A stretch of DNA of 64,000 bases. It comes from the human T2T-CHM13v2.0 reference genome, Homo sapiens. Made by a program: the position numbers and the translations under genes. The first letter of the stretch is position 1, and each line of letters begins with the position of its first letter. The DNA is taken from NCBI RefSeq assembly GCF_009914755.1, contig NC_060941.1. One strand, written 5' to 3'. Under the pieces are notes generated by a model. It did no database searches. It was given only the letters and a program-made list of their open reading frames with translations, and had not been told where the DNA came from. Positions 46,976 through 64,000 of the stretch are shown here, piece by piece.

Positions 46976-47020
46976 TGAAGACATCTCCAATAAGTGCTGT
47001 TTATTTATTTATTTTTAAAC

Positions 47021-47106
47021 GCAGTAGCATTTACAACTAATTGCTCACAAGCAGTTACAGATCTCTTTGTTCCTTCTCCACTTCCACTGCTTCACTCGAC
47101 TTGCCT
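47021..47106 (+). pseudogene. Y3 RNA (RNY3) retropseudogene, missing ~13 nt at the 5' end, with A-rich tail
   Basis: gcagtagcatttacaactaattgctcacaagcagttacagatctctttgttccttctccacttccactgcttcactcgacttgcct closely matches hY3 (GCAGTGGTGTTTACAACTAATTGATCACAACCAGTTACAGATTTCTTTGTTCCTTCTCCACTCCCACTGCTTCACTTGACTAGCCT). Confidence 0.93.
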
Positions 47107-47489
47107 AAAAATAAAAAAATAAATAAACAGCACTTATAATTCTACCACCGAATAACTATTTTTGAATTTGAACATTTATTACCCTCTCATTTACTGTCCT
47201 TTTTAAAGCCTTGGAGAAACACAGCCATAGGGTCTTTTAGCCAGAAACCTAACCCAGCTTCTTCCTTTGACTAATGAAGAGACTGACATTCAAAGGGTTA
47301 TGTGATAGGATTTTACGTGGAGCAAGCAGAGGTGATGCCCCTCGCAAGGTTTCCCCGAGGAGCCTCTACCTGATCCTCAAACTCACCAGACACAGTCCAA
47401 TCTCATGGAGAACTTTGTTCATAGGCAAACCATTCTTTATCCAGATGAAATTTTGGTCATTTATTAAAGACTGTTCTATTGAACAGAAA

Positions 47490-47870
47490 TTAAACTTTGA
47501 TCAGTGAATTAAGTTCATTAGGAAAGTCATGAACAAGTTAATCACTAAAAATAGATGGAAATTTCCTTAACCTCTAGTTTTTATCAAAAACCAATAGCAA
47601 ATATAAAATTTAATAGTAAAGCATTCACCACATTCCCACTGAGTCCAGAACAAAACAAGAGCTATGAAGCTATCACTCACTTTTATTCAGTAAGTCCTAC
47701 CAATCAAATAGAACAAAGAAAAGAAGTAAGTGTTACTAAGATTAAAAAGCAAGAGACAAGCCCATCAGTTGTTGGTGATGTGATTGACTTATCTAGAAAA
47801 TTCAAAAGAATCAATTAAAAACGCATCAGAAAATCAGACTTCAGAAACATTTTTAGAAATACTTACTGAC
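47490..47870 (+). mobile_element. Ancient L1M ORF2 (RT region) remnant
   Basis: Degenerate YQKPIANIKFN..AF..FPL and [12 protein letters not shown], equivalent to the L1 RT FADDMIVYLENPKDS region. Confidence 0.7.
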
Positions 47871-47874
47871 AATA

Positions 47875-48671
<797 letters not shown>

Positions 48672-49069
48672 TCACCCCCTTGGAAAGTGGACTGTGAAGA
48701 AATGCTGAGACCAGCTAGACCCTCTCAGGACCACAATAACCGCAGAGGTGTGCTGGCGCTGTCCTTCCCACCGAGGCAACTCTAAATGCCCCAAGGCAAA
48801 GTCCGTGTTGTCAAAGGGAAGTGCAAGGCTATCAGTAACCACCCCAGGGACACCCTCAGCCCCAGATGGCCTCTTGCACTGTGGGGGAGCAACACAGAGG
48901 AACGTGCCCCAGGACCTGTACTCAGAAGCCGACCTCTTTGTGACTGTAAAGAACAGGAGGGAATGAGGCGGGTCTTCCGTTACCTGCTCCTGCTGCCCTT
49001 AAGATTCCCTTTCGGGAAACCCTGTACAGAATTAGGGAAGAACCATCTTGGGGAGGAATGATTTCTAAG

Positions 49070-49445
49070 ACACCTGCTCCAGCCATTATTGCTGGCAACA
49101 AACCACCATAAAACTGAGCTGTGTCAAACGATCCTTTTATGATGCTCCTGGGCTCTGTGGGTCTGGCAGGGAGACAGGCACAAGGGATTGGTCTGTCAGC
49201 CCCACCATGGCTGGGGCCCAGCTGGGGAGCCTTGGCAGCCAGGGGTGACTCGCTCTGGCCTCGACTCACACGTGTGGCACCTGGGACCTCAGCTGGGCAG
49301 TTGGCTGGAACCCACAAATGGGGCCTCTCCACATGGTTTCCTGCGAAAGTTGGTCTGGGCCTCCTTACAGCATGGCTGCCAGGCTCCAAGAGAGAGTGTT
49401 CACCCGGTTCCAAGAGAGCCCGGTGGAAGAAGCTGTATCACCTTT
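49070..49445 (-). mobile_element. MLT1F/G-like MaLR LTR fragment
   Basis: acaaaccaccataaaactgag...ggcctctccacatgg...gggcctccttacagcatggctgcc. Confidence 0.65.
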
Positions 49446-49479
49446 TTTAAAAAAAATTTATTGTGGTTAAAAAAACTCA

Positions 49480-51340
<1,861 letters not shown>

Positions 51341-52525
51341 CTTGCCCATAATAAATCTCTCTCTGTCTCTCTGTCTCTCTCTCTCTTCCTCCCACCCTTG
51401 GTTTGCAAGCTAGACCTGATTTTCACACTTCAAAACTTAGAGTTTTATCTGGTAACCCTGGTAACAAACTTCTTGGAGAATGATTTGGGAATTCTGATGA
51501 CTTGCTTTTTAATTCCAGAAACTAAAACCCAACTCTGTCCTTGGGTATAATTTCTAATCTTCCCTTTCTCATGTGTGGTCCTGTGTTTGGACGGTAAACT
51601 CATCTGGTGGGAACTGTACTTACATTTCTGTTTTATATGATGATGAGGGTGTGACGAGACACCCATTAAGGTCCTTCTCAAGTCTTCAGGGACCTGCCGA
51701 GCCTATGATGGGTGACTTGGGCTTTGCTGCTTGCCAACAGGGGCTTCATAATGGTGCCCATCCAGGAAAGTAAACACACATGTAATGAGGAGAGGGCTAT
51801 ACACATGTAATCAGGAGGGCTATATCCCCTCCCTGTGTCTTCTTGAGGTAAATACTGCATTGCCTACCAGTTGTTGTTTAGACTTTGATGAAGCAACGGT
51901 AGAGAAAAGAGTATGAAGGCAAAGATTGGTCTGTTCAATACTCATTCAAAATGTCAGTCATCAGACTGGGTGGCCAGAAGGCAAGATTGTCAAGGGCTGG
52001 TGCCTTCCTTCTATGCAGGCACCTTCCCCACCCACCAGCAGCATGGAACCTGCTCCTTGGTTTGCCACCCTTGGTGTTCTCACCCAGCAACAGTGCTGAT
52101 AGAGAGCACGTTTGTATGCATGGTCGTATATGTAGGTACATTTAACTTTTAAGATCTAATACCATTTCCTTTGGCAGGCAGGAACAATAGGATATTAATA
52201 AATATTAATGAAGTAATTATTTATTAATAATAAATAATTCTCCCTTTAAAAAATTCCAGGGATGTCTTGAGATTCCAGGACAGCTCAACAAATATGAATC
52301 CCAGAGGAAGTAACAATTGCTTCATTTCAATAAAAATGGTCCCCAAAAGCTACCTGTCATCTCTATGATTCTTGAAATTCTGCCAAATCCCAACCTATTA
52401 TTGCCCTTTTACAGGAATTTGCTGGGTTTTTTCCTTTGGCTTAGTTTTTAATGCATTGTTTTATTGATAATCATGTTGTAAATAAATATTAGCTTACATG
52501 GGAAGCCATTCACAGCAAACTGTTA

Positions 52526-52957
<432 letters not shown>

Positions 52958-54747
52958 TCATGGCCACCTGTAGACCAGTCACTGGCCAAGGAGAACGTGA
53001 TGATCATGACTAGTTCCACCCAGTGATGTTTCATCACCCAGGGCTGGAATGGAAGCTGGGTAGGGCATGAGTAGGGAATGGATGATATTTGACTACAAAG
53101 TGGTTTTTTTTCTTTTTTTGCCAGAAATGTTCCCATGGCACTACAGACCATTTAAATCCCTGTCTTCCAGCTGCCCCTCCCCACTACAAGATCTCCAGCA
53201 GCAGCAGCTAGGTGTTATCAGCACCACCCATGGCTGATTCTTTGGGAATAATGGCAGAATGCCGGCCATTAGGATGAAGGATGGATGGCCACGTTGTTGG
53301 CAGACTAAAGGGCCAGATGCAGCTTCAGACACATGGAGGGTTCTGGAAAGGGAGAGACTTTGTAAGCCGAGTTTCCAGAAAAGACGTTCAGGAGGCAGGG
53401 AATAGGACCTTGAAGGATGCACCCCTCTCTCTAGTTTTATTAGTTCTTCTCATAGATTTATTTATCCTTATGAAATAATTTCCTTCACTTATATGCATTC
53501 TCTCTGGATTTGATTAACTTTTTAGAGGTTTTGTCATGGGGGGTTGAACCCATTTGGATCTAAACTTGAGCTTTTGGAGGATTTTGTTTTGTCATCTGTG
53601 TGGTTTTAGCTCCCTAAATTGAGCTGTGCCAATCCTGGGATCTGTTCCCCCTGCATCCTGCCATCTGGTGTGATCTCTGTTTTCCTCAGACAATAATCCT
53701 GCAATTGTTTCCTTTCCAATCCCCCGACTAAGGCTGTTTTGAGAGCTGCTTTTCTTCCACATTTGCTCTTTCTTACGCCTCTTCTGCAGGAGGCTGAGCT
53801 GGCTGGGTTCCTTGACGTGGCCCGCATCATTCAGACCAGACTCAGTGGCATCTGCTTGTGGCTGAATGGATGGAGGGTGAACAGGTGTCTCAGCTGGGAA
53901 ATTAATCCTTGGCTAACGCCAGTGAGCCTTGTCACTCATGCAACATTTCATTTTACCCACAAGATTAAAAAGCTTCCTGAGCCAAACACCATTTCTTATA
54001 CCTTTCGTATCCTCACAGCACCTAATAACATGGCCTCACATGGAGCAGGGGTTCCATAAATATTTATTAGTATCCTAATCTTTCACCACTAAGGTAGTGT
54101 TAACACCGATGATGAGCTTGTGAGTCAGGTTGCATATGACACCAAATGAGAGCTGAAATGCAAAAAGTGCAGAAAAAAAAGAAAGATGCAACAATATGAC
54201 TTCTGTTTACCCTAACTTATCTCTGATTTTCTTTTCTGCACTGCTGGCTAATTGGGAACCATGCACATGAACAACTCTCAAGATGTGTGAACAACAAACA
54301 TAAGAAGAAAGAACAGAAAGCAGCCTGAGGAAGTGAGCGGGAATTGCTCCCTTAACTCTGTTTCCTGGGTGTCTCAGGAGCACCAGACCTGGCCTGATAC
54401 TGCACATATGCACCCTCCCATCCCCCGGACAGCACTGAGATGGGAGGGGCATAACTCCCGTTTTATTGCTGAGATACTCAAGTACGAGGTGGTTGAATTA
54501 CTCACCCAAGGTCACGGAGCTGGCTGTTGGCAGATGTGAGCCTGTTCTCTGATCTGTCCCTTAGGGGACACAATTCAGGCCAGTGCTCTCTGCAGCCCAA
54601 GATGGAACAATGAGAAGCTGCCCTGTGGCTGATTATCATGCCTGGCTTGTGGCCTCTTCTCATTGTTGCCCAGTGTAACTCTGCATATTTAGTCCATCTC
54701 CACTGATTCACACTACAAGAAAAGCCAACTTCCACCTAGGAAACTAG

Positions 54748-55115
54748 TATCTTAGTCCATTCTGGCTGCTATAACAAAATACCATAAACTGGGTGGCTTA
54801 TAAATAGCAGAAATTTATTGCTCACAGTTCTAGATGCTGGGAAGTCCAAGCTCAAGGTGCCAACACATTTTGTGGCGTCTGGTGGGGGCCTGCCTCCCGA
54901 TTCACATGTGATGTCTCCTCACTCTGTTCTCACATGGCAGAAGGGGCAACGAGCTCCCTTGGGCCTCTTTGATAAGGGCACTAATCCCATTCATGAGGGT
55001 GCCACCCTTGTGACCTAATCACCTCCTAAAGGCCTCACCTCCTAATACCATCACATTGGGGATTAGGATTTCAACATATGAACTTTTGGGGGACCCAAAC
55101 TTTCAAACCATACCA
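54748..55115 (-). mobile_element. MLT1A/MSTD-like solo LTR
   Basis: cttagtccattctggctgctataacaaaatacca...atttcaacatatgaa; 5-bp TSD ACTAG. Confidence 0.88.
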
Positions 55116-55440
55116 ACTAGCTTGACTCTAACATGCAGACCTGGGGCCAACTTGGAGCACTTGCCCCACAGCTGGCTTTTCTCTCACCTGGCTTCTAGGG
55201 TGACATCTAGTTAGAGGCTTGGTGGTCACTATAGGGTCATAAGCTTGTCTGCCAAGAAGTTTTTAATAGATGCCCCTGAACTTGCCTTGCAGGAAGCTCC
55301 TCTGTTTCCTAGCTTGGGGATGGCTCTTCCCACACTTTTTCTCTCCCTGCAGTTAAAGCAATCTCTGGCAAGGCCATTACATAAGCAGTGTCCCTTGCCA
55401 GCTGTCACCAAGGCCACCGGAAAAATCAAGACATATGTAA

Positions 55441-55948
<508 letters not shown>

Positions 55949-56056
55949 TAGAACACAGGCTAGAAACATTACCCTGAAAGCCATCTGTCCCTTTTGGTTC
56001 CTGATTTCTTCCTGAGGTCAAGGTCATGTACTTGTTCCTATTTCCACATCCCACCT

Positions 56057-56749
56057 TGTATTAGTCCATTGTGTGTTGCTATAAAGGAACACCTGAGGCT
56101 GGGTAATTTATAGGAAAAGAGGTTTATTTGGCTTATGGTTCTGCAGGCTGTACAGGAAGTATGGCATCAGCATCTGCTTCTGGTGAGGCCTCAAGAAACT
56201 TCCACTCTGGCCAGGCATGGTGGTTCACGCCTGTAATCCCAGCACTTTGGGAGGACGAAGCAGGCGGATCACTTGAGGTCAGGGGTCCAAGACCAGCCTG
56301 GCCAACATAGTGAAATCCCGCCTCTACTAAAAATACAAAAATTAGCCGAGCATGGTGGCACACACCTATAGTCCCAACTACTCGGGAGGCTGAGGCACAA
56401 GAATTATTTGAACCCAGGAGGCGGAGTTTGCAGTGAGCCGAGATTGTGCCATTGTATTTCAGCCTGGGCAACAGGGCGAGACTCTCTCTCAAAAAAAAAG
56501 AAGCTTCTGCTTGTGGCAGATGGTGAAGGGAGAGTGGGTGCACCACATGAGAGAGTTCTCCGATTCTAACGGCCAGCTCCCATGTGAAGTAATTGAGCAA
56601 GAACTCACTCATTGCTGTGAGGAGGGCACCAAGCCACTCATGAGGGATCCACCCCATGACCCAAACACTTCCCACCAGGCCCCATCTTCAACACTGGGGG
56701 TCACATTTCAACATGAGAGTTGGAGGGGGAAAATATGCAAATGATATCT
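56057..56749 (-). mobile_element. MSTB-like LTR split by a plus-strand AluS (56209-56498)
   Basis: tgtattagtcc..ttgctataaagga..cctgaggctgggtaatttata...atttcaacatgaga. Confidence 0.85.
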
Positions 56750-57842
56750 CCCTTCTCCCACCACCAGCTGCATGACTGTGAGTGAGTCATTTGGCCTCCC
56801 TGGGCCTCTGCATCCTCACCTGAAAAATGGATGAAACCATCACCAGGGTCCCCTTCATTCTGGAGCTCAGTTTGTTCTAGTGTGGGCTGGCCTGGAGCAC
56901 CCCTTCCTCCCCTCTGTCTATCAGATCCTGCAAGACCTGGGCATGAAGCCGGTGCCCACACCTGGCGTGTGGATGGCCAGGGGTATTTCCTCGCAGCTCT
57001 TAGGTGAGGGACCACACCGTTTGTTGGAGCCAGAAGTGAGTATGTGACCCCTAGATTCATTCTACCAGGTATTAGGTGGCCACAGGGCTTCCCATACCAG
57101 GTCCCCAAATTCCAACTGGTTTATTTACAGAGCCCTTTGTCTACATCATCTCACTTGCAGCCTCCCCATGAAAGCAGCAAAATCCCCAGTGTGAGGATTC
57201 CTGATCTGCAGATGAGGGAGATGGTTGGGTGGGAGGGAGAAGTGACTGAGGACAGCAGTGTCATAGATTACAACCGCTGCGTCCTCCACCTGACCCACTT
57301 AAAGAAGGGAAAGGAGGAGGGATTGGGGAGGGTTCACTCTGCATCGCCCGCACACTGATGCCACGGCTCACCCTTCCAGGCTAGCACCTGCATTAGCCAA
57401 CACTACTGGGAGGTAGCAGAGCTGCCATCCAACCCTCCTGGATGGCTGCACTCTTCTTCAGCCCTCCAGCCCCTGGCGTGCTCCGTCCCACACAGAGAGA
57501 GCCAGCAGGAAGGAGGGCAGCCAGGTCCCTGTAGGTGACAAGATGAGTGAGCTGTATCTAAGAACTCGGCAGCTCAGGGTTCAGAAAGAGCCGAGGTGTG
57601 AGCCTTCAAGAGACAGGCTCAACGTGAGTCAGTTTCCCCCTCTGGCAGGCAGGGTAATGGATATTTCAGAGTTTCATAAGAAGGAGGCAAATCTACGCAA
57701 AATGCCCAGCACAAGGTTTGTCAATAAACAACCGTAATACTCTCTGCGCTCCCTGTGACTATCAGGCTGGGACCTTGCAAGCCACACCACACTTTGAGGC
57801 AGCAAAGATCCCAGCCTCTTTGGCATTCCAGTTGCATAATCT

Positions 57843-58125
57843 TTTTGTTGTTGTTGTTGTTGTTGTTTGAGTCAGCGTCTCGCTCTGTTGCCCAGGCTGG
57901 AATGAAGTGGTGCCATCATAGCTCACTGCAGCCTCCAACTCCTGGGCTCAAGCAACCCTCCTGCCTTGGTCCCTCAAATAGCTGGGGACTACAAGCAACA
58001 CCATGCCTGGCTAATTTTTTTAGCCAGAGATGGAGTCCCACTCTGTCACCCAGGGTGGAGTGCAGTGGCACAGTCTCAGCTCATTGCAGCCTCTGCTACC
58101 TGGGTTCAAGCGACTCTCCTGCCTG
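57843..58125 (-). mobile_element. Old Alu (AluJ/FRAM arm plus a second partial arm)
   Basis: Two right-arm-like segments in tandem. Confidence 0.75.
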
Positions 58126-58231
58126 GCTAATGTTTTATTTACAATTTTGAAACTGGAGTTAAGAGTCAAAGATGTACAATAAATCTAGTAAAGTGAAACC
58201 CAAAACAACTTCTAGAAAAGGGGAAAAGTCG

Positions 58232-58548
<317 letters not shown>

Positions 58549-59589
58549 GGGGGGAAGAGTGACAAAAACAAAAAGATGACCATGAGAAGAAGGGCATTTT
58601 TTAAAAAAAAGGATTAACAGAAGGGGTTAAGATTGAGGCTTTTGGGGAGCAGCTGGTAAACAGAAAAAGAAATTGGCTAACAAATAATTTGGATGAAAAT
58701 TATGTAGTAAAGAGATTGGAAAAAATACGGCTTCAGAACAATAATGAACCATTTTTGATAAAAGCTAGTTCCTGGAATGGATTGCCTCTCATTTGTATTA
58801 TATCAAAAGCTGTTTGGTAATTTAAGGGCAGCTGGTGAAGATCTGGTGAAAGATCACAAACAGAAGGACTAAAAGAAAGGACTCAAGGAGAACATTCTCT
58901 CAGTCTGAAAAAAATACAGTCGGATTTGTATGCTGAAATGCCCCCAAAACAAATGATTCTGAGAAATGAAACCACTAACAGAAATGAGTTGAGAAAATGA
59001 ACGTAATGGAGTATCTCAGAGTTAGGAGAGGACGGCTGAAAAGAATAAAAAGGAGATTCAAGTGGAGCTCAGAGAGAGAAGAAAGACAATCCGCAGGGTG
59101 GACCCAAGCAAAGGGCTTTTGTCTGAGGTTTATGCAATGAATCGTGGCTTCAGTGAGCTGATTCCTGGTATACATTGCACTACATTTGGCCAGAACAATG
59201 ATTGCTGCCTTTTTTTTTTTTAACTCACAAAAATCAAAGTATTGTGTAGCTTTTTCCACCTGCCTGAGGCTCCAGGTTATGAAAAGAAAAGGATGAATCA
59301 TAAGTAAGAATATAGCTTTGATGAAAAAGCCCTCTATCATATGATGACATGATCAGTTTAACAAGACCCATGGTGTCTGTCTGACGGAGACATGACTATT
59401 TTTGGACTTTACGTAGCAGAATTCTTGTATCACAAGAATATTCATAGATATGTGTGATACGGGTCCACTTTGAGCATCTGAAAGTTCAGTTCTGGGTGCA
59501 GTCTGGTTTTTGTATGTGTTCTTGTAGTAGCAGTTTATTGCATAAGGAATAATTACTCCAGGGTTTTTGAAAAAAAAAAAAATTAAGTA

Positions 59590-59790
59590 GCAGTAGTAGC
59601 TAACACATAGATGCTTACTATGTGCCAGGCACTGTTTGAAGCTCTTGACGTGCATTCCCTCTTGTAACTGTTTCAGCAGCCCCATTAGGTAGGTACTGTA
59701 TGATTCCATTTTGCAGATGAGGAGACCCAGGCTCAGGGAGGTTAAATAACTTGCCCAGCGTCATAGAGCCAGAGAGGAGCAGAGCATGGA
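59590..59790 (-). mobile_element. MIR
   Basis: ccattttgcagatgaggagacccaggctcagggaggttaaataacttgccca. Confidence 0.8.
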
Positions 59791-60159
59791 GTCTATGTGC
59801 CAAACCCCCTTGCACCCACCCCTCTATTTGGCCGTTGTTCATATTTATCCTATTTACTTCAAGTTATCTCATATACAAGAGATAAAACACCACATAGAAA
59901 GTTGCTGTGCCTGTTATATTCCCAGTCCTTGCTTCGTCCCCTGTCCCATCCATGTGAGGTGTATCCCCCAGTTCCTTTTTCAAATACATTTACATAGGTG
60001 TCATATTTATGGACAATAGAGAATGTTATTTTTCATGCTTCAACATTTGCATAAGTGGTAATATACTCTATATCCATTGTAGAACTCGCTTTTTCCTCCA
60101 TTTCCACCATTATGATGTGAGTGTTGTCTATGTTGATATGAATCCATTTCTCTGCACCA

Positions 60160-60775
<616 letters not shown>

Positions 60776-63011
60776 GGATCATTCCTCTTAGCTGCTGTCT
60801 GTCTGGGTTTTGTTAATTGGTGAAGTAAGAAGTCCTAAATCTAATAGCAAGAAGAATTACTATTTACTGCGCACAGATATTTACTCTAAGTGCTTTACAA
60901 GTAATGGCCCATTCAGTCTTGCGAGGTGGCATGGCTGCACGAAGTGAGATTAAGCAATTGCCCAGTCACGAAGCTCCAAGGAGGCTGAGTTGAGGCTGAA
61001 GTCAGGCGGCTGCCTCCAAAGCCTGACCTTGTAACCACTAACTGGACAAGGCCCCGTGAGAAACGGCATAAATCCACCTAAGAAAGCAATGACCTTAGAG
61101 CTTCCCTTGTGGTGGGGTGAAGTTTCCTTCACCACAATACATTGTCCTTACATATCAATGGAGCATCTGTCTTTCCTGACTTTTAACAGAGCAGGTTATA
61201 AACAGACACACATTTGTTGTGGCAATTTCAGCTTTAATGAAACCAGCACAGGCAGTATTTTTCTGACATCCGCTTGCAACATTATGAAGTCAGCTTTACT
61301 CTTTGCCACTAATTATATTAACTATTTTTAGGGCAAACTGTCAATGCACCATACTGGTTCATGCTTCCTAGGTTTTCAACCTGTTTTCTTTAGCCATATC
61401 TATTTATACCTCAAGTGTTTTTTCTTTTAAGAAGCATCCTCATTTTTCTGACAATGATATAGTTGTGGCTCATAATTAAGTTATAAAACACTCTGGGAGG
61501 GCAAAGATGACGTGTGATTGCCATGGGGATATTATTGATGAATATTGGATTGGTTTTTGAATTCTGAATTCAAACCCACTTTAACATTTTGAATCATAAA
61601 GTTACAGAACTGGTAGGGATCCGAAGTCTCTTTAGTGTTGGTTAAGATCATAGACTTGGCATCAGCAACTGCGTTGACCCTTAGGCTGGGATCTTAACCA
61701 TTGTAAGTCTTGGTTTTCTCATCTAGAAAATGGGGATCCTGACATCCATCTTCTAGACCTCTGTTTGTGGATTGAGACAGTGACTGTAACTCTGTTCCCT
61801 GTATCTACTTTTACTCCATGGTAGTTGTGGTAATTACTATTATTATTACTATTACTATATCATCTTTCCCCAGATGACTCCAAGGGTATACAGTCTCTTC
61901 AAGCACATCTGGCCTTTTTCTCCTCCATGCTCAACCAGAACTCTTGAACTTTCCCTTAGTTGGAGAGGTCAATGGTTAGAAGGAAGAAAACTCCGCAACC
62001 CACTCCCTCCCTTTGCTCTCTCTCTGGGGCACCGTGGGCAGCTCTTGCTGCAGAGAGCTGTGCTGAGGCCCTTTACTACAGAACCTGTACAGCGCACCCT
62101 CCAACAGCACTTCCATCTATGGTCCTACTCCCCAAGGATCTGCCTCCTCACAGCCCTCCCAATGTGCCTGAAAATATCAGCATTGATCCTTTCCCTGGCC
62201 ACCTTGCTCTTAAGGCTCCTGTTCATCATGCTATGTGGATGTGGACCTCCTCGCCTCTCTGTACTGCCCATGATGGTGGATTACAGCAGAATGGGCTCAC
62301 CAGTTGACAGCTTTCCCCACTCATGTCTTCTACTCACTAGCTAAGCTTGGGGTGGGTGTCCCCATTGCCCGGAAAATTACTACACAGCCCTCATATCAAA
62401 CTTGTTTTGAGAAGCATAACCATAAACCCATCTTTGGCCTATGATCCTAGGGAGTCCTCATGCCAACAAGACCTTTTGGGGTCAGCCACGCATGTGAAGT
62501 TAGAATGCAGTTTAGGCTGTGCCATGACTCTGAACTAAATATGATTTTAGGGGTGAGGAAACTGGGACCTAGGGGCTTGGGGAACTGGCCCGAAGGTATG
62601 GAGAGTACCTGACCTTGTCGTTCTTCCAGGATATGATATTTATTCCTGGCACCAATCCCCTCTACCTTGTACTGAAAGCAAGGACAGCCTGCCTGCAACC
62701 ACACATACAGGTGGCCATCCAGCAGGTGCATACTAAATGTGTGTTGAGTTGAATTATTAGACTCTTTCTAAGCAACCATGCAGCATTGAAGGGACCGCAA
62801 TCCCTTTGCCTCTGCGTCCTTAGGGCTAAACTCGAGGTCTCGATGTCTTGCACTGTGGGCTGGGCCGGGTTTGGTGCCTCACCCAGCAGGTAAGTGCTGT
62901 CTACGCCTCCCACAGGTCCAGTGGCTCCTCTCCAGACTTGGGTGCACTGGGCCAGGCTGCACCTTACTAATCTCAAGGCTTCCTGTGTTTGTGGCTTTGG
63001 GGCCCTCTTCA

Positions 63012-63366
<355 letters not shown>

Positions 63367-63419
63367 CTATTTCTCACTATTTAATAATTTAGCAATCTTG
63401 ACTCACAATCCAAATCCAG

Positions 63420-63617
63420 GCACCCCAGACCCACCCACGGCCCGTTGCCTAGCAACAGCCTCCCCACCCCCGCCTCCGCGCCTTTTCCCGCCGACTGCCC
63501 AGTGCGCACGCTCAGAGCCTTCCTCCACACCCCGCCCCTGCAGGGCGCGCGGTGGTGACGTGTAGAGTGCGCGACGCTTTTGGCGACCCGACCTCTGGCT
63601 AACCTACCCCCGGAGCC
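63420..63617 (+). promoter_or_regulatory. MED9: MED9 CpG-island promoter / 5' UTR
   Basis: Abrupt CpG enrichment; RFX X-box GTTGCCTAGCAAC 63444-63456; GC boxes near 63468 and 63530; E2F-like TTTTCCCGCC 63483-63492; CRE/ATF-like GGTGACGT near 63554; no TATA box. Confidence 0.85.
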
Positions 63618-63841
63618 ATGGCCTCTGCTGGGGTGGCAGCCGGGCGACAGGCGGAGGATGTATTGCCGCCAACGTCCGACCAGCCGCTGCCTGACACCAA
63701 GCCGCTGCCGCCTCCTCAGCCGCCGCCGGTCCCTGCGCCTCAACCGCAGCAGTCGCCGGCGCCACGGCCTCAGTCACCTGCCCGCGCGAGGGAGGAAGAG
63801 AACTACTCCTTTTTACCTTTGGTTCACAACATCATCAAATG
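63618..63841 (+). CDS. MED9: MED9 exon 1 coding part (Mediator of RNA polymerase II transcription subunit 9); intron 1 begins at 63842
   Basis: Translation [74 protein letters not shown] matches the recalled human MED9 N-terminus; strong Kozak GCCATGG; splice donor TG|GTAAGA at 63841/63842; CpG-rich context. Confidence 0.96.
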
Positions 63842-64000
63842 GTAAGAACCTAGGAGAGGACCAGGCCCCATACTCCCTCCAGCTTCTCCTCTCAGCCGTT
63901 TCAGAGCTGCAAGAGGCCTTGGCGCTCTGGGGCACGCCCCCGTTTCACAGATGGGGAAACTCAGACCCAGAGCGGGAAGAGGCCTTTCCCAAGACCACAG

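Noticed and set aside
45097-46978. 621-aa and 604-aa His/Pro/Ser/Thr-rich ORFs as a real protein-coding gene
   Set aside because: Openness follows from a CAC/CAT alphabet that rarely forms stops. The listed starts are GTG in MIR-like sequence, and there is no promoter, splice structure or non-repeat domain.
58550-59350. Purine-rich stretch that looks like decayed coding or L1 ORF1-like sequence
   Set aside because: No recognisable protein or repeat motif; it cannot be assigned without a database search.
63381-63743. 120-aa antisense ORF across the MED9 promoter and exon 1
   Set aside because: Expected by-product of a GC-rich CpG island and the opposite strand of a Pro-rich CDS.

Overview
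Human (or closely related hominid) genomic DNA. The right end holds the CpG-island promoter and first coding exon of MED9 (Mediator subunit 9), which places the window at 17p11.2 (Smith-Magenis region) by recall of the gene's location. The remaining ~63 kb is intergenic and dominated by repeats: about 30 Alu/FLAM copies, L1/L2/MIR remnants, MaLR/ERV1/ERVL LTRs and hAT DNA transposons. It also holds two processed pseudogenes (LNX1-like and TSEN15-like), a defective MER52-type provirus with a tRNA-Pro PBS and gag remnant, and a 5'-truncated young SVA with a short 3' transduction. Further elements are a twin-primed L1, a 48-bp L1 micro-insertion, an E-box-rich minisatellite, a 1.8-kb (CAC/CAT)n array, and a Y3 RNA retrocopy flanked by inverted rather than direct repeats. 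I found no evidence of a novel multi-gene system; nearly all ORFs in the track are repeat-derived. The most unusual structures are the inverted-repeat-flanked Y3 copy, the CAC/CAT array, the E-box VNTR, the SVA transduction and the LNX1 retrocopy, which appears to stop at a splice donor. Repeat subfamily names come from recalled consensus sequences and need RepeatMasker/Dfam confirmation.
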